Below are positions 50,401 through 61,011 of a stretch of 64,000 bases of DNA, in pieces. Position numbers and translations under genes: made by a program. The stretch lies in contig OY760504.1 in assembly GCA_963663705.1 (NCBI GenBank), positions 1,457,319-1,521,318 on the forward strand, written 5' to 3'. This stretch comes from Armatimonadota bacterium. GTDB taxonomy: Bacteria > Armatimonadota > UBA5829 > DTJY01. Position 1 is the first letter of the stretch. Every line of letters starts with the position of its first letter. The notes under the pieces were generated by a model that was not told the DNA's origin, did not search any database, and saw only the letters and a program-made list of their open reading frames with translations.

Positions 50401-52029
50401 TGATGCGAGGTTGATTTCGGCACCGGATATGTGAAGACGCAGTTTCCCGTCGGCACCGACATCGCCGCTCGCTGCAACAAGCCCACCGAAGGCTTTAGCG
50501 CTGATCTCATTCAACTTGAACGAGCCATTATCATAGGTAAGATCAACCTTGCCGTTACCGAGCTTTAGCTTGTCTATGCGAGCACTATCTACATCACCGA
50601 TGTACCGTATCGATACGCCGCTAGTTTTGCAGATCGCCTGAAAGGTGCCATCACTGGACCCAGACAAATGCTGTTTGCGCAGAGCAGGAAGTTGATCGAG
50701 GTGTATACCGCTGACATTGCCGTCGATTTGCGCACATGAGCCTTTTGCAGTCGGAATCACCCCGCTCATCTCGATCGTGCCGGCGTACCCTTTTGCGGTC
50801 GCCCTGTCTATCGAAATCTCGTGGTTCGAGTATCCCCCTGCTAGCCGTATCGAATGACAATCGAACATTCGGTATGAAAGCGACGGAGCCTCGATGTTGA
50901 AGCGCACACCCAACTGTGCCGGGCGTCCGGAAATACGAGCGTTTGCTCGCCCATTCACCGGAAGCGTCGCACCGCCGAATTGTTTGGTATACCCGGTGAT
51001 CGCCGCTATCTCCCTGAAATTGGCTCTGTTCGATGTGACATTGAGCGCTAATCGTGGATGGCTGAAATCGGAGACGCTACCGTCGATCGCCATAGGTGAG
51101 GCCCCCAGCCGACCGTGCATCTGCAGGCCTACCAGGTCCTTCTGAATCTGAACATCACCGCTGACATCCTTGAAGGGACCGTTGATTCCACCAATTCGAA
51201 CGCTTGCCTTTTTGACCTGAACCCCTACTGCATAAGTAAGGTGGCTGGCAGGCGAAACTTTTCTGAGTTCGATCTTGACATCGGCAGTGCCGGAAGTGAG
51301 TTTCACGCCTACGTGCCATGGGTATGTTGACCAATACTTTGCGTCGGCGCCAAACACGTCGGCCGTGACCCTGTGCGAGCGCGCGTCTCTATTGTACTCG
51401 CCTTCAAGTGCGAATCGGCCTAATCTACCGGGTTTACCCAATCCCCATACTGAATACTTAACTACCGATTGCTCTGCAAAATGAATGGCGGCATTGACGT
51501 TCGCGAGCCTGTTTTCAACCGAATGGGTCGGGTTGGCATGGCGGTCGAGGAGTATTACGTGCGCTGACTTGACGAAGATTTTGGGGTGAAAAGTAGTTTT
51601 CTTCTTGTGGGCCGACGGTTTCAGCAGATCGAGGATGGCCCAGCGGCCGTTCGACTTGCGCTCAAGCATAATATCAGGGCGCAGTATATCTATCTGGGTG
51701 ATGTTGGCAGCAGGGTCAGCCCCGTGAAGTATAGCCATCGTATTGCAGAAAACTCTTAACTCGGGGATTCGGGCGATCTGTTTACCGGCCTCCTTGTTGT
51801 AGACCGTTACATCGCTCAGTATTACACCGCGAAGAGGGAGGATGCGAATCCCGCCAATTGTGATTTTGCCGTTGATCTGCTCTGACGCGGCGGTGCTCAG
51901 CACCTCAGGCAGACGGCCCATGGCGATTCGAGAGAAACTTGCCAGATATGTCAGCGCGCCCATAGCCACTGCCAGCACGGGTAAAACGAATATCAAAAGT
52001 GAGAGAAATCTGGCTTTGCGCATGAGCAT
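47488..52029 (-). CDS. tamB: TamB/AsmA-like translocation and assembly module protein
   Basis: 1513 aa, N-terminal TM, repeated GT..P..G beta motifs, DUF490-like C-terminus; upstream of bamA. Confidence 0.8.
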   Translation of the reverse strand: MLMRKARFLSLLIFVLPVLAVAMGALTYLASFSRIAMGRLPEVLSTAASEQINGKITIGGIRILPLRGVILSDVTVYNKEAGKQIARIPELRVFCNTMAILHGADPAANITQIDILRPDIMLERKSNGRWAILDLLKPSAHKKKTTFHPKIFVKSAHVILLDRHANPTHSVENRLANVNAAIHFAEQSVVKYSVWGLGKPGRLGRFALEGEYNRDARSHRVTADVFGADAKYWSTYPWHVGVKLTSGTADVKIELRKVSPASHLTYAVGVQVKKASVRIGGINGPFKDVSGDVQIQKDLVGLQMHGRLGASPMAIDGSVSDFSHPRLALNVTSNRANFREIAAITGYTKQFGGATLPVNGRANARISGRPAQLGVRFNIEAPSLSYRMFDCHSIRLAGGYSNHEISIDRATAKGYAGTIEMSGVIPTAKGSCAQIDGNVSGIHLDQLPALRKQHLSGSSDGTFQAICKTSGVSIRYIGDVDSARIDKLKLGNGKVDLTYDNGSFKLNEISAKAFGGLVAASGDVGADGKLRLHISGAEINLASASGMLGRKDISGSAQFSGDIGGTTASPVFDGSIEGYKLSVADKKIERISCDLLASRKLVYLHDLTVYDRLGKLVVSGRVNNPLAKVPALNLSVKADSLNIDRIARLFTKQKLTGGRLSGELRVSGTTVNPVGAGTLRVDGGAYRGLALDKLSAKVGYIGKSLRIEGLEARSGDTLLTMSGRIPQNGQIDGHFSASHIQLSKFSDLMQSYAMCSGDVDFSGDITGTMQKPHAELAVDCHDLAFNGQKFNSLIGKVSIGQTLVSVSGLNLSDAKSRYSIPSASYDLTSKNIAIDAQVRSGDLAKLFTLVDFSPKVQRVDSADSSIRRLFDRMAKPLKGSVDLDVSGTIKLLDTGISPNLYVKAAVDNFTCGATTVNSMSMEGCWKDGIIRLQNFQALDGDTNIAASGTVGPADVLDVKLDAHNLPMAALNQWFKFPDNFSGRVDVTLLASGNTAAPNTEIYAEAVDPTYGGLKLDRIRCRLSSDKTESASSAKSSGRLNIDDLMFVLGNHSFKATGYLPVDWKSFNIPGDGDVLLHSNLDSSSLTLISSLSDVSAETGPDGVFNGSIGLSGTINSPRLEGGLSWQDGRIRFPRVNSAFEKINAKILLDGNKLTIDKISGISSDGGSFGVSGDIAFAGMKPALNLSVVTDKLAISGRNISNTYGEDINARFTSDVKVSGDLRTPLIAGIVHIPDGLVALTGKAVQPSAPTRISVDPSFKLDVLMDKNVQFKSAQVKAPVFGNLSLVGSLSKPKVDGSVDISDGMIIFPMSQLKILPGSRMSLHFPSLQQSPVYVDMQAQGYITALSNLRQQKRYTIGMVAKGPLDNLDPSFSSSPAGMSESRIVALLTGQGQLEQILVPTGTQDFGTEIGGLFTAVVAPGVFNPIEKAVQDIFGIQEFGLAAMYNGPLQVTVGNKLWDGFYLSYSSFLGQRPDYIDSLYELKLSHRLSDSLDIGAILDDQHAIKVDLEGKLRF

Positions 52030-52050
52030 TTCCTAGCAATTGCGTTCTAT

Positions 52051-52902
52051 CTATATTGTAGCGTCTGCAGCGTGATACGAGCTTCGGACGAACGGTGCCG
52101 ATGCCACATAGCGGAAGCCCATCGCATCTCCGATTGCCTTGTATTCATTGAACTGATCCGGGGTTACATATTCAACCACCGGGATGTTGTTCGATTTTGA
52201 CGGCTGAAGGTACTGGCCGATTGTGACGATGTCGCAGCCGACCTTCCTAAGGTCAGCAAGCGCCCCTTCAACCTCCTCGGCAGTCTCTCCCAACCCAACC
52301 ATTAATCCGGACTTCGTATATATAGACGGCGCAATGGCCTTGGCGGTTTCAAGAAGTTTTAGCGACCTGGCGTAATTCGCGGATGCACGTGCAACCGGAT
52401 ACAGCCTCGGCGCTGTTTCGATGTTGTGATTCAGCACGAACGGCTCCGCCTCGAGCACCAATCTGAGCGCATCGGGATCACCCTGAAAATCGGGGATGAG
52501 GACTTCGACTCTCGACTCAGGGATCTCTCGCTTGATCGCCCGAATGGTTCCGGCGAACTGAGCCGCACCACCATCAGGCAGGTCGTCGCGGGTGACGGAC
52601 GTCACGACCACATATTTCAGCCCCATCTTCGCGGCGGCAGCCCCCACTCGATCCGGCTCATCGATATCCACCGGAAGAGGCTTGCCGTGATTCACACCGC
52701 AGAATCCACAGTTCCTCGTGCAGGTATCACCAAGGATCATGAAGGTTGCCGTGTGCTTGGAGAAGCATTCGCCAATATTCGGACACGACGCACTCTGGCA
52801 CACCGTATGGAGGCCCATCGACTTCAGGTAGCCAGCCATCTCTTCGTACGTTCCGTGCCTCGGGGCCTTAACTTTAAGCCAGTCCGGAAGTCGATTGGTC
52901 AC
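52051..52902 (-). CDS. lipA: Lipoyl synthase
   Basis: CQSASCPNIGEC, CTRNCGFC, RSSYHA. Confidence 0.97.
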   Translation of the reverse strand: MTNRLPDWLKVKAPRHGTYEEMAGYLKSMGLHTVCQSASCPNIGECFSKHTATFMILGDTCTRNCGFCGVNHGKPLPVDIDEPDRVGAAAAKMGLKYVVVTSVTRDDLPDGGAAQFAGTIRAIKREIPESRVEVLIPDFQGDPDALRLVLEAEPFVLNHNIETAPRLYPVARASANYARSLKLLETAKAIAPSIYTKSGLMVGLGETAEEVEGALADLRKVGCDIVTIGQYLQPSKSNNIPVVEYVTPDQFNEYKAIGDAMGFRYVASAPFVRSSYHAADATI

Positions 52903-53591
52903 AGCTCGACCTCTTTCGCAAGGTCGATTAGCATCTGATGATCGACCTTCGTGAGTTCGGCGTTATATAGCGTGGCGATTTTTTCAGCCATAACTTCCTT
53001 TACCTCATCCATGCCCGGCGCATTTCCTGTGAGATGATCCAGCGATGTGACCTTTCGGCCGACCAGACCGCACGGGTTTATGAGCGACCAGTGATCGTAA
53101 TTCGGGTTGATATTGAGAGCGAATCCATGGTAGCTGATCCACCGGCGCACCGCGATTCCGATGGAACAGATCTTGTCTCCACCGACCCATACGCCCGTAA
53201 GACCGTCCGATCTCTCCGCGCAAACTCCGTAATGGGCAAGAAAATCGATGACAACCTGCTCCAGATTACGAAGCAGCAGGTGCGCATCCTTATTGTGCTG
53301 GCGCAGATCGAATATGGGATAGCCGACTATCTGACCGGGGCCATGATAGGTAATGTTCCCTCCACGGTCGGTCTTGTATACCTTAACGCCTGCTCGTTCG
53401 AGCGCGGCTTCGCTTGCGAGAAGTCCGTTCTCTGCGCCGGACGTCCCTACCGTAAGCACTGGCGTGTGTTCAAGCAGTAAAATGGTATCTTCTATTTTTC
53501 CGGCAAGCCGGAGTTGCACAAGTTTTTTCTGAAACTCGGTACATTCCTGATAGTCTGCCAATCCCAGATCGGCGTACCAAAGCGGTCCCAT
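52899..53591 (-). CDS. lipB: Octanoyltransferase
   Basis: LLEH, RGGNITYHGPGQ, KICSIG, HGFALN, PCG. Confidence 0.97.
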   Translation of the reverse strand: MGPLWYADLGLADYQECTEFQKKLVQLRLAGKIEDTILLLEHTPVLTVGTSGAENGLLASEAALERAGVKVYKTDRGGNITYHGPGQIVGYPIFDLRQHNKDAHLLLRNLEQVVIDFLAHYGVCAERSDGLTGVWVGGDKICSIGIAVRRWISYHGFALNINPNYDHWSLINPCGLVGRKVTSLDHLTGNAPGMDEVKEVMAEKIATLYNAELTKVDHQMLIDLAKEVEL

Positions 53592-53668
53592 ATATTCCCC
53601 CGGTTAGTTTCTCAAGTTAAGTATAGGAGACATACCCCTCACACGTCAAGCATAAATCGGGATAGGCC

Positions 53669-54382
53669 TTAGATATCGAATGCGACGCAGACGACGTATA
53701 CCCGCGCGGCGCCGGCTTTAAGGAGAGAGAGGCTACACTCGTGGACGGTCGAGCATGTGGTGGCGACATCATCGATCAACAGCACAGTCTTCTTACGCAC
53801 GGCTGATGGATTGACGACCTGGAATGCGTTCTTGACGTTATCCCTGCGCTCGCGGCCCGACAGCTCGACCTGAGGACCTTTGTAGTGCACGCGCATGACG
53901 GCATCAGATATCACCGGAAGCTCGACGAGCGGTCCAAGCCGTTCTGCGAGGAGTTCGCTCTGGTTGTAGCCCCTGATTCTGCGGCGGGCGGTGTGCATGG
54001 GAACAGGGATTATTAAGCCGGCCCTCTGCCAGGGAATATCCGCTGCAGTAGTCAGATATTCATGGATAAAAGATGCGAGCGGTTCTGCAAGCATCCTGGC
54101 GCCGCCATACTTGAACTGGTGGATTGCCTCGCGCAGGACTCCGCTGTATTCACCTACGGCCCTGGCTGCGGTGAATGAACGAACGCGCTCGCTGCAGTGC
54201 CAGCAGATATGACCGGTTATCGTATGCCCGCATATCGAACAGTACGGCTCCGGGACGCTTGCCACTTGAGCACGGCAGGCCGGACATACAGGCAGCGTGC
54301 CGATATCGCCGCAGACCACACACTTCGGCGGATAGACAATATCCAGCAGACCGTCCAGTGCGGCGCGGGCTAACGAGGTCAT
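53669..54382 (-). CDS. ComF-family protein
   Basis: Double zinc ribbon, PVPMH..RGYNQS, LLIDDVATT. Confidence 0.92.
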   Translation of the reverse strand: MTSLARAALDGLLDIVYPPKCVVCGDIGTLPVCPACRAQVASVPEPYCSICGHTITGHICWHCSERVRSFTAARAVGEYSGVLREAIHQFKYGGARMLAEPLASFIHEYLTTAADIPWQRAGLIIPVPMHTARRRIRGYNQSELLAERLGPLVELPVISDAVMRVHYKGPQVELSGRERRDNVKNAFQVVNPSAVRKKTVLLIDDVATTCSTVHECSLSLLKAGAARVYVVCVAFDI

Positions 54383-55302
54383 CCCAGGTCTTCGAAATGA
54401 GCGATCTGCCTGAACTCGCTATACCGGCCATCGATATCATCGGTCGAAAGTGCAGACAGCCGTCTCAGACTGAAATCTTCGACGTTGAACGATGCGACTG
54501 TGCTTCCATAAATGATCGCCTTGCGCAGGTTTGCATCGCTTATATCGTCGGTCGATGCCACGTAGCCGATGAAGCCGCCAGCGAACGAATCGCCTGCACC
54601 AGTCGGGTCCTTGACATCCTCCAGCGGGTATGAAGGGGCTGAAAAATACGTATCGTCGGAAACCATGACGGCCCCATGTTCGCCCTTCTTGATGACGACA
54701 ACCGCTGGGCCCATCTCCCGGATCATTCGAGCAGCCTTTATAAGACTGAATGTTCCGCAAAGCTCGCGAGCTTCCGCATCGTTCATGAACGCTACGTCGA
54801 CTCTCTTGAGCACCTCGATCAGCGCGTCCTTCTTGCTGTCGATCCAGAAATTCATCGTATCGCAGACCTTGAGCTTCGGAGATTTGACCTGATCGAGCAC
54901 CTGAAGCTGAAGCTCTGGGTCGATGTTTGCGAGGAAGACGTATTTGGACTCGCGGTACTCTTCGGGGATATGGGGTCGAAAATGCTGGAAAACGTTGAGC
55001 TTGGTATCCAGTGTATGCGCCTGATTCAGATCGAACTCGTAGTAGCCGGCCCATCGGAAAGTCTCTCCCTGGACGCGCTGCATACCCTTGAGATCGATCT
55101 TTCTTTCGGAGAGGAACGCCACGTGCTCTTCCGGGAAATCAGTGCCAACAACTCCTACAAGCCGCACAGGTGCGAAATAACTGGCGGCAACGGACGAGTA
55201 GACTGCTGCCCCACCCAGTGCATCTTTGATCTCACCAAAAGGGGTTTTCACATTGTCCAGCGCCATGCTGCCTACTATGAGTACATCCTGAGCTGTTGCC
55301 AT
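54379..55302 (-). CDS. PfkB-family kinase (possible adenosine kinase)
   Basis: LGGAAVY, KKGEHG, DPTGAGDSFAGG. Confidence 0.92.
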   Translation of the reverse strand: MATAQDVLIVGSMALDNVKTPFGEIKDALGGAAVYSSVAASYFAPVRLVGVVGTDFPEEHVAFLSERKIDLKGMQRVQGETFRWAGYYEFDLNQAHTLDTKLNVFQHFRPHIPEEYRESKYVFLANIDPELQLQVLDQVKSPKLKVCDTMNFWIDSKKDALIEVLKRVDVAFMNDAEARELCGTFSLIKAARMIREMGPAVVVIKKGEHGAVMVSDDTYFSAPSYPLEDVKDPTGAGDSFAGGFIGYVASTDDISDANLRKAIIYGSTVASFNVEDFSLRRLSALSTDDIDGRYSEFRQIAHFEDLG

Positions 55303-55388
55303 TAGTTACCTCTCCTTGATTTGCAATTAGTTACACATGATATGAATTAGTTAGTTTACACACGGACCCAGGGAAAACTATTAAAGGA

Positions 55389-55586
55389 TGTCATCCTGAA
55401 CGCAGTGAAGGCGCTTACGCCGGTGAAAGATTCCTCGGCGATGCCTCAGAATGACAAATGCTGTGCTAATACGTGAAACTGAAAAAAATGTCTGTGTGTC
55501 ATCCTGAACCCTTCGACTCTGCTCAGGATAAACTCCGTGAAGGATCTTACCTTCTTGTGAGATTCTTCGCTGCGCTCAGAATGACA
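55389..55586. repeat. Two C-family inverted doublets (55389-55456, 55497-55586)
   Basis: TGTCATCCTGA...TCAGAATGACA termini; second copy has nested CCTTCGACTCTGCTCAGGA. Confidence 0.88.
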
Positions 55587-55634
55587 ACATACTCGATCAA
55601 TAATTGGACTGTGCGTAACATCAGTTACCTGATC

Positions 55635-56378
55635 CTAGGATACACGCTGCCTAAGCGATCGAAGAACCATAAGCACGAAAATCGGCAATGTCATGCACTT
55701 GCGATATTTTTTCGGGTTGGATGCAAGCCGGTAGATCCATTCCAGGCCTCGACGCTGCATCCATTTCGGCGCGCGTTTCACCCGTCCCGAGAGGACATCG
55801 AAGGTACCGCCTACGCCCATGGAGACCGGCACTTGCAGCTCGTTCATGCGGCTGTATATCCATTTTTCCTGCCGGGGGATGCCGAACGCCACGAAAAGCA
55901 CATCAGGATGAGCGGCTTTGACTATCTGCGCGACGGCGTCATCTTCTGAAGCGCCAAAGTAGCCGTGATGCGTGCCTGCGATCTCAAGGCCGGGGTATCG
56001 TCGCTGAAGTTCTGTGGCGGCGTCATCTGCAACGCCTGGTTCCGAACCGAGCAGAAACACCCGGTATCCGGCGGTGGCAGACCTTGCGCACAACCGATCC
56101 ACGATGTCGACGCCTGAGACACGCTCCGGCAGAGGCTGCCCGAACTTGCTGTGGGCCCATAGAATCCCCGTGCTATCAGGCGTCACAAGGTCTGCCGAAT
56201 TGATTATCGACCTCAGCTCATGATCGCTCTGTGCCAGCACGACGCCTGAGGCATCCTCAGTCACCACGATGTGCGGTTTCCCACTCAGGATGAACCCTTC
56301 GATCTGTGCCATAACGGCCTGCATATCTACCGCATGGACCTTTACGCCTAATATAGATTGTTCTTTAATTGAATTCAT
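55635..56378 (-). CDS. WecB/TagA/CpsF glycosyltransferase
   Basis: ERVSGVD, GIPRQEKW, GVGGTFDV, GLEWIYRL. Confidence 0.95.
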   Translation of the reverse strand: MNSIKEQSILGVKVHAVDMQAVMAQIEGFILSGKPHIVVTEDASGVVLAQSDHELRSIINSADLVTPDSTGILWAHSKFGQPLPERVSGVDIVDRLCARSATAGYRVFLLGSEPGVADDAATELQRRYPGLEIAGTHHGYFGASEDDAVAQIVKAAHPDVLFVAFGIPRQEKWIYSRMNELQVPVSMGVGGTFDVLSGRVKRAPKWMQRRGLEWIYRLASNPKKYRKCMTLPIFVLMVLRSLRQRVS

Positions 56379-56449
56379 AAGCTCACAATAACATAAAACA
56401 GCGGCCGCACGTGCGCACGACCGCTGTATATTCGATATATTTATAGAGA

Positions 56450-57783
<1,334 letters not shown>

Positions 57784-57785
<2 letters not shown>

Positions 57786-58626
57786 ATGTACGTTCACTCA
57801 TGAGCAGTATGCCACCGATGCGTAGCCTGTCGAACGCAGGATCGAGAGCTTTTCCCACTTTGCCGAGCACGCCTCCGTATTTGTACTGCCAACGGCCCGT
57901 AACCAGCGACGCCGTGCGGAAACCATGATCGTTAACCAGTCTCTCCAGCGATGACGGAGTGTAGTACCCTACATGACATGGGATAACACCATCGGGAGGC
58001 TTCACGAACCATTTATTCTTCGTAAACTGGTACATAAGGAAGTGCGGAGCTCTCGTCGAAGGAACCTCTATTACCAACAGCCCGGAGGGTTTGAGGTGGC
58101 AGCGTGCGACATCGATAATGCGATCGGGGTCAACTATGTGCTCGAGCACCTGCACGAACGTGATCACGTCGAACATCCCTTGAGGGAAGGTGTCCTTTTC
58201 ATACATTCCCTGAATTATCTGCGCACCCGTCTTCTTTGCCGCGTATTCAGCCAGCAACCTGCTAGGCTCAACACCATAGCATTCATATCCTTTGCCCCTA
58301 CACAGATGCAGCAGGTGACCATCGCCACAGCCCACATCCAGCAGCCTTCCGTCGGTCTTGATGCCTGCTATCCTGTCAGCGATATCCTGTAGCGCCCGCC
58401 GCCGATTCGGATACATGAAGGACTGGCCCTTATCCAGAAACGATAGGGAATATGTTTCCTCGTAGTCAGTATCCACAGTGTTGCAGCCTGGACCAGGATA
58501 CTGCGCTATGAATCCACAGGTTCGGCACTTGTACAACTTGATGTATCCATCAAAGTAAATGCGAAAGGAATTAGGTTTGCTCTCTCCGCAAACGGCACAG
58601 GACCTGCATAGGAAGCTATCAGGCAT
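57784..58626 (-). CDS. Class I SAM-dependent methyltransferase with N-terminal zinc ribbon
   Basis: CAVC..CRTC, LLDVGCGDG, FDVITFVQVLEHI, LKPSG. Confidence 0.92.
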
Positions 58627-58760
58627 CTATTCCCCCCATAGTTACTGCATACGGCATGTAGCCTTCGATACGTCGATTGACCTACATACCTTTTATCTCC
58701 GTTCGATGTATAGTATTATTTTAGTATAGCATGTTGAATACCGATATTCAATATGCCGAG

Positions 58761-59795
58761 CTAATGCCTAACAGGGTCTACGATCACGCCATCGAACACA
58801 GCTGCATTCGATTTCACCTGGCAGCCGGTGCCGACTATGCAGCGTTCGATGACCGTCTCCTGCATTACTCGAGCTCCAGCCCAGAGAATGCTGTCTTTAA
58901 CAACGGCGTCCTGCTCCACTACACAATTATCGCCAAGAACGGAGTTTTCTAAAACCTTGGCATTAGCCTCTATGCGGCAATTATTTCCGATAACCACCGG
59001 ATACCCGATTTCCGCGGTGGGATGAATCTCGACGTTCTCGCCCATCCACACGTATTTCTTGACTTCCTTCAGCGAAAACTTGATGCTCACCTTGCCCTGC
59101 AGAGCGTCTCTGTGGGCCTCGTGATACTGACGCAGGCTTCCAACGTCCCGCCAGTAGCTGGATGTCAGGTAACCGTAAAATCGTTTCTTCTGCTCCAGCA
59201 TAAGCGGAAAGACATTGTTGCCAAACCCGTAGACTACACCTTTTGGGATCAGCTCGAAGATCTCCGGCTCGAAGACGTACACGCCAGTGTTCGCCATATT
59301 GCTGAATATGACCTCACCCTTGGGCTTTTCGAGGAACCGTGTGATCTTGCCGCGCTCGTTCAACAGGACAATACCATACTCGCCCGGGTCGCTTACCAGG
59401 GATAAGCCTATCGTACAGAGGGCTTTGTGGTCCCTGTGCTGCTTGATGATACGTTTCAAGTCGATATCCGCAAGGTCGTCCCCGCCGATCACGACGAACG
59501 TGCGGTCAAAGAACTTCTCACAGCGCTTCAGGCTGCCTGCATCGCCCCAGAGAACATCTTCTCTGGAGTACTGAATTTTTATGCCCCACCTGGAGCCGTC
59601 ACCGAAATATTTCTCGATCTGCTCGCCGTGGTAATGCAGGTTGACCATTATGTGAGTGAAGCCGTTTCGCGCGAGCAATTCGACTATATGCTCCATTACC
59701 GGTTTGTTTACTATGGGAACCATGGGTTTAGGCAGGTTCCGAGTAAGCGGATCTAAACGAGAACCTACGCCTGCTGCCAGAATCATCGCTTTCAT
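58761..59795 (-). CDS. NDP-sugar synthase (mannose-1-phosphate guanylyltransferase-like)
   Basis: ILAAGVGSRL.PLT..PKPM, FLEKP, YWRDVG, hexapeptide C-terminus. Confidence 0.92.
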   Translation of the reverse strand: MKAMILAAGVGSRLDPLTRNLPKPMVPIVNKPVMEHIVELLARNGFTHIMVNLHYHGEQIEKYFGDGSRWGIKIQYSREDVLWGDAGSLKRCEKFFDRTFVVIGGDDLADIDLKRIIKQHRDHKALCTIGLSLVSDPGEYGIVLLNERGKITRFLEKPKGEVIFSNMANTGVYVFEPEIFELIPKGVVYGFGNNVFPLMLEQKKRFYGYLTSSYWRDVGSLRQYHEAHRDALQGKVSIKFSLKEVKKYVWMGENVEIHPTAEIGYPVVIGNNCRIEANAKVLENSVLGDNCVVEQDAVVKDSILWAGARVMQETVIERCIVGTGCQVKSNAAVFDGVIVDPVRH

Positions 59796-59845
59796 GAGGC
59801 ATCACCCTCCTTGGAGTCATCGTCGGTAATCATAAAACAATCTGT

Positions 59846-60946
59846 TTATTTGTAGAATGATTGTATAGTTTTGGCCACGTATATAACCTGTTCCTCGGTT
59901 AATCCCTGGAAGATCGGCAGTGACAGAACTTCTGTACATGCTAACTCTGTCTCGGGAAGATCGCCGGGATTGTAACCCAGATACTGGTATGCTTCTTCGA
60001 GATGAAGCGGTGCGGGATAGTATATACCCGTTGACACACCATTTGATGCAAGATGTGCCTTCAATTCATTACGGTCGGCACTTCTCAGCGTGAACTGATG
60101 ATACACATGTTTGTTGAACGGTTCTTCAACGGGGAGCTGAATATCGAGGCCTGTGAGCATCTCCCGATATATCTCCGCATTACGGCGCCGGGCGTCAGTC
60201 CATGCGTTCAGATGAGGAAGCTTAACCCTAAGAACCGCCGCCTGTATCTCGTCCAATCGGCTGCAATAACCGACGTACTTGTATGAGTACGAGCCTGCGC
60301 TGCCGTGAAATCGCAGATACTTCATCATGTCTGCGATTGAGGAATCGTTTGCGAGGACCATTCCGCCGTCGCCGATCCCGCCGAGATTCTTGGTTGGGAA
60401 AAAGCTCAGGGTCATCAAATCCCCATATGCCCCTAACGGCTTGCCCAGCGATTCTGCAGCGACGGCCTGTGCGCCGTCCCAGACGATCTTCAGATCATGG
60501 CGTCTGGCAATATCACTGATTGCAGCTACATCCGCCGACTGACCGTATAAATGCACTGGAACTATGGCCTTTGTCTTCGGGGAAATCTTTGCCTCTATCT
60601 TCGTCGGATCGAGGTTGAATGTTCTTGGGTCAATATCCGCATATACAGGGATAGCACCCAGCAGGGCGATAACCTCTGTTGTAGCTACAAAAGTAAAAGC
60701 CGTGGTGATGACCTCATCGCCAGGGCCGATGCCAAGCGCACGCAAGGCAAGCGCTATTGCATCCGTGCCTGAACCTACTCCAACACCGTAGGTGGCTCCG
60801 GAATACTCTGCTATTTCATGTTCAAGGGCCGTTACATTTCCACCGAGAATGAACCGGCATTCATCCATAACCGAGTGCAGTGCCGCATCTACCTCGGATC
60901 TGATAGACTGGTGCTGCCCGCGGATATCTGCCATTGGGACTTCCAC
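59846..60946 (-). CDS. DegT/DnrJ/EryC1/StrS aminotransferase
   Basis: SGTDA, PVHLYGQ, SFFPTKNLG..GDGG, SRLDEIQAA. Confidence 0.95.
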   Translation of the reverse strand: MEVPMADIRGQHQSIRSEVDAALHSVMDECRFILGGNVTALEHEIAEYSGATYGVGVGSGTDAIALALRALGIGPGDEVITTAFTFVATTEVIALLGAIPVYADIDPRTFNLDPTKIEAKISPKTKAIVPVHLYGQSADVAAISDIARRHDLKIVWDGAQAVAAESLGKPLGAYGDLMTLSFFPTKNLGGIGDGGMVLANDSSIADMMKYLRFHGSAGSYSYKYVGYCSRLDEIQAAVLRVKLPHLNAWTDARRRNAEIYREMLTGLDIQLPVEEPFNKHVYHQFTLRSADRNELKAHLASNGVSTGIYYPAPLHLEEAYQYLGYNPGDLPETELACTEVLSLPIFQGLTEEQVIYVAKTIQSFYK

Positions 60947-61011
60947 GTATAAACCTCCATAAATCCAACTATCCGGCTAATAACATATGATTCGACGCGT
61001 GAGCACGACCG

